DNA of 64,000 nucleotides from Carcharhinus longimanus (taxonomy: Eukaryota): assembly GCA_030264375.1 (NCBI GenBank), contig JASCQW010000081.1:58763856-58827855 (forward strand). Reading direction: 5' to 3'. The position numbers and the translations under genes were made by a program. The notes below the pieces were generated by a model. The model was not told the DNA's origin and ran no database searches. It saw nothing but the letters and a program-made list of their open reading frames with translations. Below are positions 37,001-47,800 of this stretch, piece by piece (position 1 is the first letter of the stretch; each line of letters starts with the position of its first letter).

Positions 37001-39066
37001 AAATTGTGCAAAATTTTGATTTTGTTTTTAAAAAGATTTGTGATGTATATTTTGTTGGTGAAATATTACCATTTGAAACACTATTATTCAATATTTAATC
37101 TATGCATGTGGTTGGAATATAATCTTTTCCTTCACAGCTTCAAGCTGTTGAACTCTTGCCATCAGACAGATTTTTAAAATCAAAACAGCTGAGTTGTTTT
37201 TATCTATTCGTAAAATTTCTGCACCAAAGTCTGCATCACAATGTTGTTTCCTTCAAACAGGAAGAGGAAATAACTGCTGGATGACTGGAGACATGTTTCC
37301 TACAAAGCTAGTTTTCCTGTAATGGTTCCTGATGGTCATTTATGCCATTTTGTTTTGGGTCATAATTGAAAGTACTGCTTTATTTTGTGATTTGGGAATC
37401 AGTTTGGTTGCTTTGTGACACGGTGGATAATCTTTCTGGGTTTATCTCAATTAAAGTTTCAGTCAATATAAAATATTAACAGCCTACCAGCTTTCCCTCA
37501 ATCAGATAAAACTCTAGGCCAATCGTAGACTGGATTCTAAAGTGAATCCAAGTGTGAAAATACACTTTTTTTTAAAGAGAATGTTGCTTAATGTTTAAGC
37601 TGCCATACATTACCTTCAGCCATATTAGTACATTTTTGACTTTTAGTGCTTGGCTTGCTTTTGGTCATGACCAAGTTCTAAAAACAAAAACCATAAGCTT
37701 TTCGCATTAGCCGTGTATAGAATACCCTGTTTAAAATTACTACTTGCCATTTGATTATACAGTTGATCGCTGGAGGTTATGCAGCATGTCCAGCACCCTT
37801 TCTTAATTCTTTTAATTAATGGATAATATCATGCATTCAAATAGGATGCATTTGGCTAAAGCTAATGGTCAAGTTTACCTACAGGTTAGATAATGCAGTG
37901 TGGTGTGGCACACGCAGGATGGTGAGAATGCAATACATATAATAAAGTAAAGATAGAATTTGTCCATAAGGGATTAAATGCCTTTTTGGTGACTTATTCC
38001 TTACCCAGTTTAAATGAGCAGAATTTTCAGTGACTGGAGACGTGTTTCCTATAGCTTGGAAGGAAGCCATTTGACATTTTGGAAGAAAGTCTGGATGTGT
38101 AAACCTCCATAATTTGACAGCGTATGAGTTGATGTAAACTTTCAGTACATTAAGAGAATTTGAATTCTTTGCTAGAACTCAAACCCATATGATTATTCTC
38201 CTATGCATAAGTACTCTGTTGGGGCTGTTTAATCAATCATAAATGAAGGTATAATGATATGAGAATGTTGCTTCTGGATTCACAATAGAATCCAGTTTAT
38301 GATTAACCTAAAGTTTTGTCTGATTGCAGGAAAGCTGGTAAGCTGTGAATATTTTATACTGAATGAATCCTCAATGAGCAGAATGTACTGAATGAAATCT
38401 TAATGAGCAGATATTTCTACTTCATTTTGATCTCCTACTTGTTGAATGCCTTGCCTATGCATTATTGTAAAGTTTCTGTATCTTTACTATATTCCAGTTG
38501 AAGTAACCTGTCCTGGTTCCCATGTTTTGTCTTTTGCATTTGTTTTATAGTATGGGAAGATTACTTAATTTAAAAATGAATAAAGACTCATTCTATAATG
38601 TTGCAATGTAATATTGCATTTTTGGTCAGAAATTTGATCTTTGTTGCTGGAGAAGGAAAACCTAACTTTTTTTTTTAACCAAACCTTTGCAGGTGAAAAT
38701 CAAGTTGATGAGCAGCTGAAGAAGTGCATAGAAATGGCACGTTCCTCAGTGATGAATGTGGCTGGTGCTTTTAATATGCTTTGGACTTTCTCACTTGCTG
38801 AAGTGAATTCATCCTCAGTTGGAGCAAGCGCGCTGGACAGGAAGGGACCTCAGTTACTGATCAGTGAAGTGGACTTGGCTGCCAATTCACTCCTTGATTT
38901 ACTTGAATACCTCCAGAGAGAAAAGAGAAACTCTAGTGGTGCTGATAGCAATAAGAAGATCAATGCTTCCACAAATGGTGATAGAGGAGTTAAGAAAATT
39001 ATATACACACTCCAAGAAACAGCTTCAACATCAGAAAATTCTTCAAGAGCTGTACAATGGGTTTGA
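964..39066 (+). CDS. KIF14: Kinesin-like protein KIF14, 3' part (last 11 coding exons; 5' end lies upstream of the window)
   Basis: AG/GT-bounded exons join in phase: 964-1057, 2983-3124, 6895-6989, 9659-9753, 11353-11577, 11894-12078, 13579-13921 (contains gap), 19747-19866, 29427-29501, 36671-36812, 38693-39066. Peptides WNSMKLSMMIQEAN, KLGISTFWSLEKFECKLAAMRELY, RSRS..K.KRISGCL, LQLLLQGCDSDISSMV.EA and terminal QWV* match the KIF14 C-terminal region as I recall it. Confidence 0.95.
1204..1241. repeat. 15-bp tandem repeat x2.5 (tgagtatgactcacc)
   Basis: Read directly from the sequence. Confidence 0.9.
2014..2940 (+). mobile_element. Decayed CR1 LINE, RT C-terminus and 3' UTR
   Basis: YIND..SKFADNTKLGG; RFTRL.PGM..LSYDERL.KLG; ends gaatggtggagcaggc. 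Confidence 0.9.
2983..3124 (+). CDS. KIF14: KIF14 exon (HEESDD...KLGISTFWSLEKFECKLAAMRELYQ)
   Basis: tcctttttacag acceptor, gtaaag donor; 142 nt, phase 2-0. Confidence 0.95.
3222..3370 (-). mobile_element. tRNA-derived SINE fragment (second copy at 58205-58405)
   Basis: Shared gtggtgatttaacctgag.atcaccacacc...gcaaggtt; reverse B-box ggaattgaac. Confidence 0.65.
6340..6570 (+). mobile_element. Decayed SINE (same family as 34895-35195)
   Basis: ctggttcactaatg...tgtgact...gcaatgtggctgact...tctgaaatggcctag. Confidence 0.65.
6895..6989 (+). CDS. KIF14: KIF14 exon (GNTHSRDEDLFYDPNDDWETDLILSSSFSRR)
   Basis: ttctcaacag acceptor, gtgagt donor; 95 nt, phase 0-2. Confidence 0.93.
9659..9753 (+). CDS. 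KIF14: KIF14 exon (SRSFFKSKRISGCLAGIQALSVQNLQSAHPT)
   Basis: ttttccatgcttag acceptor, gtaact donor; 95 nt, phase 2-1. Confidence 0.92.
11353..11577 (+). CDS. KIF14: KIF14 exon (LLNVSQ...ESTLPVVCKEILG...EQLDEESQEN)
   Basis: ttttgaaacag acceptor, gtaagt donor; 225 nt, phase 1-1. Confidence 0.93.
11894..12078 (+). CDS. KIF14: KIF14 exon (FINNQAMQS...EDELLGEVRTLGRNLQLLLQ)
   Basis: ttctacctag acceptor, gtacat donor; 185 nt, phase 1-0; lies inside ORF 11893..12162. Confidence 0.93.
12190..12392. mobile_element. Palindromic Penelope-like (family B) element
   Basis: gaaaatctcagcaggtctgatagcatctgt ... cagatgctgtcaaacttgctgagattttc inverted arms; tail tttcagattccagcatctgcagta. Confidence 0.78.
13579..13921 (+). 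CDS. KIF14: KIF14 exon (GCDSDISSMVMEAENK...ELHFDEENMDDSPSYK), interrupted by a 100-N gap with duplicated flanks
   Basis: gtttccag acceptor, gtactg donor. 13635-13718 is repeated at 13819-13902 with 4 mismatches; collapsing the overlap gives one in-frame exon. Confidence 0.88.
15522..18416 (+). mobile_element. Decayed Gypsy/Ty3 LTR retrotransposon (RT-RNaseH-integrase remnants; gag not seen)
   Basis: LSQAYLQ, GLFQY.RL.FG, YLDDV, YLGHVID, LACDA motifs; PPT aagaggggaggaaa; 3' LTR TGTTA...TAACA at 18226-18416; partial 5' LTR from 15522; flanks gagac/gaaac. Confidence 0.92.
19055..19212 (+). mobile_element. 5'-truncated V-SINE-type element
   Basis: aaagacgtgc..gtta.gtg.attggccatgctaaatt core; same tail as the 50482-50788 copy. 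Confidence 0.75.
19747..19866 (+). CDS. KIF14: KIF14 exon (RSVMSCLFEGVESGMESLLDAGLKTIKEHQKLLQGPSKTQ)
   Basis: ttttcacag acceptor, gtaatc donor; 120 nt, phase 0-0. Confidence 0.9.
22825..23020 (+). mobile_element. SINE inserted in the outer CR1
   Basis: atgtcctttagggaagga...gtgactc...aatgtggttgactc...gggcaattag, shared with 34895-35195. Confidence 0.75.
23608..23712. mobile_element. Family B Penelope-like fragment inside the inner CR1
   Basis: agaaaatgctggaaaatttcagcaggtctcacagcatttgtggagag...ttcgtcagagct. Confidence 0.72.
25852..25920 (-). mobile_element. Young CR1 3' end running into a gap
   Basis: (cataagaa)x3 ataggagcaggagtaggcc, same family as 62327-62990. Confidence 0.85.
28964..29183. 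mobile_element. Palindromic Penelope-like (family A) element with best-preserved hammerhead core
   Basis: Arms about 29007-29090 and 29098-29182; flanks attctttattg / attcttttattg. Confidence 0.85.
29098..29137 (+). ncRNA. Minimal type I hammerhead ribozyme motif
   Basis: CTGATGA (29104-29110), stem II ggagc-agc-gctct, GAAA (29125-29128), then gctc and a short stem I partner gtg. Activity not demonstrated. Confidence 0.65.
29427..29501 (+). CDS. KIF14: KIF14 exon (VFEKIKKRSMALSVSIQNYLMQLKK)
   Basis: ttcttttaacattgag acceptor (GAG), gtgagg donor; 75 nt, phase 0-0; fills the expected short helical segment. Confidence 0.78.
31733..32165 (-). mobile_element. Deu-domain (SacSINE1-like) SINE
   Basis: acttgcatttatat...caggacatcccaaagtgcttcaca...ccatgggatcttttacattcacctgag...cttgaaccc; shorter copy at 42660-42885. 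Confidence 0.7.
32178..32275. mobile_element. Family B Penelope-like single arm (others at about 31190-31275 and 43435-43560)
   Basis: aaactcagcaggtctgacagcatctgtgaagagagaatagagccaatgttttgag. Confidence 0.7.
34895..35195 (+). mobile_element. Near full-length tRNA-derived SINE
   Basis: A-box-like tggccttgtggta, degenerate B-box cctgggtt, body shared with two other copies, tail atgaatgaattaaaa. Confidence 0.8.
36671..36812 (+). CDS. KIF14: KIF14 penultimate exon (KKTGTLML...QMITSVLR)
   Basis: aatttctag acceptor, gtaaaa donor; 142 nt, phase 0-1; open frame. Confidence 0.85.
38693..39066 (+). CDS. KIF14: KIF14 last coding exon (ENQVDEQLKKC...RAVQWV*)
   Basis: cctttgcag acceptor, phase 1; TGA at 39064-39066; inside ORF 38641..39066. 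Confidence 0.92.
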
Positions 39067-41110
39067 TTAAATTATAAAATAATCACATTTGAGCAACTCT
39101 TTAAGTTCATAGATTCTAAAATTATTTAAAATATTCATTGCATTTGGGGTTTGCAAGTTTACAAATTGATTGCAGTATATTTTAACCTTAGCCAAACAGA
39201 GACACTTAATGTCTTTTTTTTATTGGTTCTAATTTGATTTAGCTACATAGGCATCTTTTTCTTGGTTGTGAGATGTACCTTGTTTTTGGGCCCACTGCAA
39301 AACTTAAGTAAAACATTCTTCAGCTGGCTAGAAAGCCTTCTGAGTAACCTGGTGTAATAGCCTACCTTGCAAAGATCTCTAAAGCCTCTCTTTGATGCCT
39401 CTGCTTCATTGCGTAGCCAGAATCAGAAGCTTGCTGTACAGTATCCTGAAGAAAGAGACCGGCATCTTCTCAGTTTGGAATAGTGCTTTGATGGTACCAC
39501 ACATTGTGTTTCTGTGATCTGGAATTGATAACTGGAAACTTTCTGGACCCCACAGAACTTCCAAATTCAATAGTTCTGTTGAACTTTGCTGAACAGCAAT
39601 GAAAATGAAATTTCTGGGGTTTTCTTTGTTCTTTTGGACCTGTATTAGATGCCTGATTGGACACCTGAAATTTAAGTACAATGCTTACAAATTTAAAAAC
39701 TGGTATGTCAAAAATTCAGATTGACCAGATATCAAATAAGCTTAAGAACCATATGAAGTAAAAGGAAATAGACCACCTACAAAAGTCTATTTTAAGTCAG
39801 TTCCAAAAAGAAGTTCCAGGAAAAGTTAAGAAACCATACTATATCAGTTTACCAGTGTGAAACATTCTGGTGTCTGGTCAACTGTATGCACGCACTGCAG
39901 ACCTTCATTACAGTCAAAAGTTCACTTTTCTTACTATACTGATAACTATTTTGGTTGCAATTTTCAGTTTAAAATCAACCTTCAAGCTCATATCCGCTTT
40001 TCCCAGACTGAAACAAACATTCAAACACAGAATCCAGTTTGGACCACCAGATCTGAGCATAAATGGCACAAGGGAACATATGATCTTTGCTGAGTCCAGT
40101 CATGCCTTCCAGCTGCTTCAAATGTGAGTTAGGTAACATTGTTATCTGAGACTTCTATAAAGGTTATTATTGTTTCAGATAGAAAATACAAGTAGTAGTT
40201 TGTTTGCTTTAGCACTTAAAAAGAATGGTGGAAAAAGCTGCTGCCAGTGATATGTAGTTATGTTCCTTACATTCATTTTACACCTTCCTGCTCTGTTCCT
40301 TGAGTCAGAAACAAAATCATTGACACAATGGGTTTGCATTCTGACAATTCACTTTAATTTTGTCTAATGGCATAAATGGTACATTTTTTCTGTTATAAAT
40401 TTATCATATGAATGGATTTGGAACATCTGATGCTATTGCCAGAGCCCACATCAGAAAATTGACTAATTTGCAATGCTTAAATAAGGCCCTTGAAAATAGT
40501 TACAAAAGCAATTCAGAAAATTTGAACAATTTTGTGGTAGGTTGGTGCTATTGTATTAGGTGTATTTTTCAAAGGGAAGGAAATTTTGCTCTGCAGCTGA
40601 TGACTCAGGAGTCCTCTAACTGGAACTGAATGATGAAACATGTCTAAATAACAATTTCTGCCATTAATGTTCTTACTCTTGAACCAGAAATTTATTCTAC
40701 TTAAGTTGTGTTAAATGTATTTTTTGCAGTAGAAAGGAAGTAAAACATGGTGAGAATGGAGCCAATTAATTTAAACTGGCTGTGCAGTTGTTTTTCTATT
40801 TTGATGGCTTTGTCGATTAAAGGTAATTCTATGCAGCAAGACTGGCAAATGTCATTTTAGCATTATACAAATTAGCAATTGACTTTGCTCAGTCTAGAAA
40901 TAATAAAAGCAAAAAGGATGAGTTGCACAAGCATCAGATTTATTGCAGCAATAAGGACAATGCTATTTATTTGCACCATGACACATGCCTGTTGACTTTA
41001 CTGATCTGTATTTAAAAAGTGCCTTGTTTCTTTGTGATCATGTCATTCTAAGGACAGGGAAAATGATCAATATTTTTAAATAAACTATTGTTCTGGCCAC
41101 AGTGCTAAGA
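39067..41110 (+). terminator. Probable KIF14 3' UTR with polyadenylation signals
   Basis: AT-rich sequence after the stop with no repeats that I recognise. AATAAA at 40902 and 41079; the second has TGTA upstream and a T/GT-rich tract downstream. The end point is inferred. Confidence 0.5.
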
Positions 41111-41906
41111 CTTTGTTTTAATTCTTTGTCTTTTATCAATTTAACAAATCCTGTCTGAGGAGAAGTGCTTGATACTAAATGTTATTCGGAGTAGTATAGT
41201 AGTAGCTATGAAGGGACTAAGACTGCACACTCTATCTTTATAAAATATATATAACTATCCTCTTGGTTATTTCTAAAAAAGTTGAACGCTGGGCACAGAT
41301 CTTTTTAAAATGGCTTAATTTATGTTAGTCTATAACCCAGAACAAAAGGGGCTACTTGGCAGTATCAGACAAAAGTGCACCTCGTTACCCATGAAGAGAC
41401 CCTAATGATCCCCTCTGTGTATTGCACAAATTCAAGGAGAGCTGAACAAATACCATCCGCATAACTCAGGTTGGCCAACTGGAGTCTCTGCGTCTGCTTG
41501 GACAAAGGGCTCGCCAAACTTCCTTTCAATTTATAACGGTCGAAACACTTGATCTCAAGGACTCAAATGAGGGAATAGCATCTCTTGTCAATGCCAAAGT
41601 GGAATGGTGGCGGATATGTGACATGGGCCTCCAGTTTGCGCATCCAATAATTTTGCTTTATGGAACTGCTACGTCAGTCTGCTATTCACTGTCCTCTGAG
41701 CAGCCTCTGACCCCCATCCACAATACTTCTGTTGGAAATTCTGTACCATCTATCTGCAAGAATGGATTCATCTCAACATGTCTAACTCATTGTGAAGTCA
41801 ACACCACCGGAGAACTGAATTAACAAGCATTGATTTTCAACCCGCTAACATCCTGAAGGAATACCTCATTGAACTTATTTTGGACTCTCGACCCAATTGA
41901 AATGAT

Positions 41907-42048
41907 GGCCTGAATTCTCCAGCCATTTACATCCTGCTGCCGCTGCCACTGCCAGACAGGATGGATAACTTGGCACTCAGCCAAATCTCCGTTCGTCGCA
42001 GCAAGGTGGGAGAATCCCGCGAGTGTGAATGGCTGGAGAATCCCACCC
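41907..42048. mobile_element. Short MITE (Harbinger-like ends)
   Basis: Perfect 14-bp inverted repeat attctccagccatt (41914-41927) / aatggctggagaat (42028-42041). Confidence 0.7.
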
Positions 42049-43027
42049 ACTATTTGTTTCTGTGGTCTCTGCACTGTAAATATTTATTTTCTCTATCCTT
42101 TGCCTACCTAGCATTCATACGGTAAATGTTGCAATCCTACCATATTTTGAATGTGTTTAAATAAATTAATTGAGTTGTTTGAGTTTGCTGCAAGGTTATT
42201 GATGGAAAATTGGATTACTCAGACTGAGCAATTAAGAAATAACTGTAATGAGGGGAGCAAATAAGAAAAAAACTTTCTGCTAACCAATGGGTGTTGCAAG
42301 GAAGAATTGGTGCTGTTTTAATGAGCTCCCTCTTATGCGTAACAGATGGAGATGTTACTGTATCATGAGTAACCAATTCTGATATTTGCAGGGAGCTGGA
42401 AATTGATGCCCAGGCTCCTCCTCTTAACCACTTCCTCCACCACCCTGCCCCCATACACACCAATGATTATTCCTCTGAAGTCTTCCAAGGATCCATCCCT
42501 GACTTCCTTCTATTTTCACATTTACATGCAGTTCCTCAAAGGCATTATCCAAAGACAGGATGTTCAGTTCCCCATGTATAATGATAACACCTAACTCCAT
42601 CTGTCGAGCAACTAGTCTGGGATAAACTGAAATTTGCTCCAAATAAGAGAGAAAATAAAGTCTTGCATTTATAGACATCTTTCACAACCTCAGGACATCC
42701 AAAGGGATTTACAGTCACTGAATACTTTTGAACTATGCATCATTGTTGTTCTGCAGAAAATATGGCAGTCAATTTTGTGCACAGCAAGTTCATATAAATG
42801 GCAATGTGATAAATAGTTGATTAATATTTTGCGAAGTTGATTGAAGGCTCAATATTGGCCAGAACAATATGGATAACACCCCTTCAGCCTTTGGGATTCA
42901 ACATTTGAGTTCAATAATTTCAGGTTGTAACCACAGTTTCTATTTTTTGATTGGACAATTGATGTTGTTACTTTCATACCTTCTGGACCTTTTGTTTTAC
43001 TTGCCCCATTACTAGTGTTGTGTATGA

Positions 43028-43342
43028 GGACACCATGGTTGGCACTGCTACCTCAGCACCAGGGAGCTGGGTTCAGTTCTGGCCTTGGGTGTTTGTGTGG
43101 CGTTTGCATGCTCACCCCATGTCTGCCTGAGTTTTCTCTGGGTGCTCCAGTTTCCTCCCACAGTTCAAAGATGTACAGGTTAGGTGAACTGGTTATGCTA
43201 AATTGACCATTAGTGTCAGGAAGGTTATCAGGGAAAACATGTGGGGTTTCGGGGTTGGGGCCTGGGTGGTATTGTCCGTGCAGGCTCGATGGGCCGAATG
43301 GCCACCACCTGCACCCAGGGAGGTAGGGATTCTATGATTCTA
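43028..43342 (+). mobile_element. V-SINE (HE1-like) with CR1-type tail
   Basis: tRNA head gggttcagttc, V core gtttgcatg.tc.cccc.tgtctgc...ctccagtttcctcccacag, tail gatgggccgaatggcc...gattctatgattcta. Confidence 0.85.
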
Positions 43343-43599
43343 GAACCTTTTTACGAGCTTCATAATTCAATTTGTCATTTCCCTTTGCATCCTTTCCATC
43401 TCTCTACATTTTCCTGCCGCTGTACATGAAAACTGCTACTTCTCCGATTCTTGCCAGTTATGCTGAAAGCTCAGCGACCTGAAACGTTGAGGATTTTTTT
43501 ATCCGCAGATATTGCCAGGCCTTTTTCTGCATTTTCTGTTTTCTTTGTTACAGATTTCAATCCTATTAAATAAATATTTTTGTGATAATTTTTCTGTAT

Positions 43600-44470
43600 A
43601 AAGCCTGGTGCCTGTTACAGGACATGAGGTTAACCCTGTTCAGCTGATGAATTCATACGGTATTTTAAAATTTGTCCTTTAATAATAACGGACTTACGGT
43701 TGGTTAATTCTTCCTCGTAACCTGTCTCGGTGCTTCAGTTTCAGCACTCTTCGTAGGTTAATTGAGTTGTCAATTAACAACACAGCTATTTGGATAGGCT
43801 GCTGGATAAATTGGGCGTTTGCATTCTTTACACTTTTTTTGAAAAAGTGCGTTGCACCAATTTGACCCGAAGTGGGGATTGAACATTAGATTAGGATATC
43901 GCCCTGCCTGAAAGAAGTTTGCAGACGCCGATCTGTTTCTGGTGGGACTTCTCGGCTTTTTTGCAATTCTCACAAAAGCGTCCAGCGTTTGGAGAAGTGA
44001 CATTTGAAGTGGTGAAAGAGAAACGAGCGCAGCATCAGACACTCGGTGTTTTTTTTGGGGTGGGGAGCTGGAGAGACACGGCCTGAGGGACATCGAGAAC
44101 ATTGGCTCACACAGCTCCATTTGGAAACATATGAAAGGGAAATGACCAATGGCCCGGGATTCCTACTGGCTTGTACGTCGGTGTTACTTCGGCAACTGGT
44201 AGGAGACGGAGAAGCAGGGTTCCAAATCGCCTTTACGTTCCCCGGTTTTATTTATTAGTAATAACTTCGGGGCGTCTCTGAGNNNNNNNNNNNNNNNNNN
44301 NNNNNNNNNNNNNNNNNNNNNNNNNNNNNNNNNNNNNNNNNNNNNNNNNNNNNNNNNNNNNNNNNNNNNNNNNNNNNNNNNNAGATTAGCTTTTATTGCA
44401 CCCTCGGGTGATGTGTTGATTCAATGCGATTTTTGTTCGGTTCGAGTTTACAATTAATGCGTTTATTTCT
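43600..44470 (+). promoter_or_regulatory. CpG-enriched putative promoter of the adhesion GPCR gene
   Basis: Visibly more CpG than the depleted background and several CCAAT/ATTGG boxes; lies just upstream of the first coding exon; contains a 100-N gap. Confidence 0.5.
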
Positions 44471-44863
44471 CATCACAAATCTTTTATGGGCTAATATGAT
44501 AAAATAAGTTGAAACGTAATAAGTGAGTGCCAAAATAAATCTGTCGCCTTCTATAATCTGGAAGTACTTTTAAACTGTCAAATAGATTAAGAAACCCTCA
44601 CTTGCTTAGTCTGCGTGTCCACAGGTTAAACAACCACAGGAAAGAGTAATTTCGGTATAAATTTGTGACAGTCCTGTATGACAGGGAAAACAAATGGCAA
44701 ATTAATTGCGTATTCATTAATGCCAAAGACCTGGGGAGACAATGACATTCCGAGATGATTACTTGAAGTTTTTAAACGCCACAATCGTCCCATTCTATGT
44801 TAAACCTGGTTGATCCCAAAAGCAACACTTTCCATTTGGTTGTTTTTAACCCCCGCCAGGAAA

Positions 44864-47800
44864 ATGCACCTCGGAGTGATTCATCCATACTCGGCGGTCC
44901 TTGTAAGTGAAAACGATTTTTTCTTTAAAAGCTATTGCGAAGTACCAGTTCTGCTCTTCTTCCAGTTACAGATGTCATTTTGTATCTGTTTTTATCCGCA
45001 GTTTTTCTGTGTTGCTGGCATGTTTGCAGGTCAGTAGATTTCATCGTCGTAACTAAACATTTTACCCTAAGAAACCGGTTAACAGTTTATCACACCACTG
45101 TTGTGTCTCGGGGGGGGGGGGGNNNNNNNNNNNNNNNNNNNNNNNNNNNNNNNNNNNNNNNNNNNNNNNNNNNNNNNNNNNNNNNNNNNNNNNNNNNNNN
45201 NNNNNNNNNNNNNNNNNNNNNNGGTTATCACAACACTGTTTGGGCTCTTCCCCCCCCCCGCCCCCGCCGGCCCTCAGACTCACAGCTGATATTACACGAC
45301 AGGAGATGTTTCATTTACCGGAATTACTATTATGAGTATGTACCCATGCAGCTGCAGTGGACAATGGCAGAGAAATTGTGCCGCCAAAGGTTTGGCTATC
45401 TGAGCGCCATTGGGACAAATGAAGACAACCAGAAACTGGTCAACTTCATGCAATCGATGAGGGTGACGAAAGCACTGTGGATTGGTGCTAAAGTGAACGA
45501 GGTTGGCCCTGGTGAGACATCTCGTCATCTCATCAATTCTACTTTATCAAATCTTTTTATTAAGAACTATTCTCAATTAATACAGGATCCTCTGACTTTG
45601 AGGCCATTGAATATGATGGCTCTGTTTAACATTTTCACTCCTTGGGTATAAATGGCATAAAGTACACTGGACTGTACTTGCTGGGAGTTTAAATGGATTA
45701 TATGCTGAAAATGTCCTGGCTACTTAATGTTTAAAAAGCACCAATAGCAACTTGCATTTATATAGCACCTTTAAGCTAGTAAATCCTCTTAGGGCAGCAA
45801 GGATGACCAGTGTTGCCAGGGAACAAATGTTCAGAGGATATTCATTTTTCAAGTAGCGTAGTCACGACTATGACCTATTACTATGAAGATACTCCAAGCA
45901 ATGTGGGATGGAACCTGAGACTACTTTCCTATTTTCCCAACTACTCATTGAATTCTTGTTTAAGGTGACATTGATGAATGGCAGTGGTTCATTGCAAAAT
46001 GATCAGGATGATTCTGGTGTATAGTATTCTGAATTATGAGAAGAGACTTTTAAAGCAGGATTTGTTTTCCTTAGAGGGAGGAAAACAATTGAGGATTGGC
46101 ATGTTCCAGATCTTAAAATAACTGCACAGCCAAGACGATGCAAATGCAAATTGNNNNNNNNNNNNNNNNNNNNNNNNNNNNNNNNNNNNNNNNNNNNNNN
46201 NNNNNNNNNNNNNNNNNNNNNNNNNNNNNNNNNNNNNNNNNNNNNNNNNNNNNAGACTATGCAAATGCAAATTGACCATTTAACTGATAGATTGTGAGTC
46301 CCTAGAAAGAGTGCAAAGTTGAGAAGTTTCTAGCGAAACTGGAGATTGGGAAATTTTTTTTTGTAGAGTTGTGAAAATGTAGAGCAGTTTACCGGAAAAA
46401 GTATGTAATGCTTTTGATTCTAAGATTGGGAATTGTAGTGCAATGTATTATGCCAGAGGACCAAGTACTCCGTGGGCTTTAATGAATGGTACCACGCTGC
46501 CACTGGGTATCTTGTCTGTGGACATACGTTTAGGGTGAATTAGTTGAGGCATAGAGAGGGCTAAGTGAATATTCTGGGGTTGTATATGGTTGCATGTTGA
46601 GAATACAAAGTTATCTTGCAGCATTTTCTCTTAGTCGGACAAAACCTGTGATGGCCTGTGGAAATATTTGGGGCTGATTTGCTTTGCCTTGTACCATGCT
46701 TTCTTACATTTTTGCGTAACGCACTGCGATGCGTGGAGTTGCTGGTTCATAACTTTTCAAGATTTCATAAATTATTTCAGAACTAATCTATTTTCATTGA
46801 TGTCAGTCCTGACAATTTAGTTAACAATTTTAGACTTTATCATAATGGCTTCATATTATGGGGATATAAAAGAGAGTAAACAAAGTGTCTGTTACTTAAT
46901 GAGTCATGTGTATTAAAGCAATAGTACAAGCAAATAAATCACTGATAGTTTAGATGAAAAAGAATGAGAGAAGGCATGAGTAAGGCAAGAACCTTGCATG
47001 GAATAGATTTATTGGGCTGAATCGTCTGTTTCTGTGTTTTAAAGATTTAATGGACCCACTAGGCAAAATGGCAGGAGGCTAGAGGAATTGGGAGGGAGTA
47101 ACCAATTCTAATTCCCAACGTTTGGGGAGCTGGGGATAGTTTCCCCATTTGGGAGGGGTGTGGGTGGCAAAGTGGCAGATAGATGGGTACCCAGCCCAGT
47201 GACAGCAGAATTTTGATTAGTCTCAATAATGAACCACTCAGCCAATTATCCCTGAGTTTCATTTAACGGTAGCTCAGGGATTAAAGGGACTCGCACAGAT
47301 TTCCGTTGCCCAGCAAACCCTGTTCAGTTTGCCTGCAGTTTACCGGAAGGTCTCCTGTTCACAGGCATTCAGTGCCTGGTTGTGGGACCCAGGATCAGAA
47401 AGGGGATAGGTGAGGTGTGGCATTGAAAGCCACACCCATTCTCTTACGTCAGGCTCAGCAGCTCTCAAGGGAGACACTTAATTCTGCTTGACTGGGAACA
47501 TCATCCAGTGGGATGCTCTAAGCTGCTTAGACAAGTGACTGTATTATTTAATTGCAATGGACGTCCCAGAAAAAAGTGGTGTGGGGCTCCAGTGGAAGTC
47601 TTGCATTGCTAACACTAAATCCCAACCTAGGTCAAGGCTGTTGACAAGTCTCTTATGAAATAACATTTACCATTGTGACAATCATTTGGCTCTGTGCATT
47701 TCAGTTGAACTGCTTGGATTTTGTGTTTGCAATTAACAGTTGCTGAGATGAATATCCATGCTGTATTTGTAACATTCAATTTTATTTTAGCAGGGAAGGA

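Noticed and set aside
43770-44258. Opposite-strand ORFs of 116 and 70 aa in the CpG-rich region
   Set aside because: No recognisable domain (no PSMB7-like sequence); expected by chance in GC-richer DNA.
44935-45651. 238-aa ORF as a single-exon lectin gene
   Set aside because: It runs through a 100-N gap and intronic sequence; only 45278-45511 is bounded by splice sites and lectin-like.
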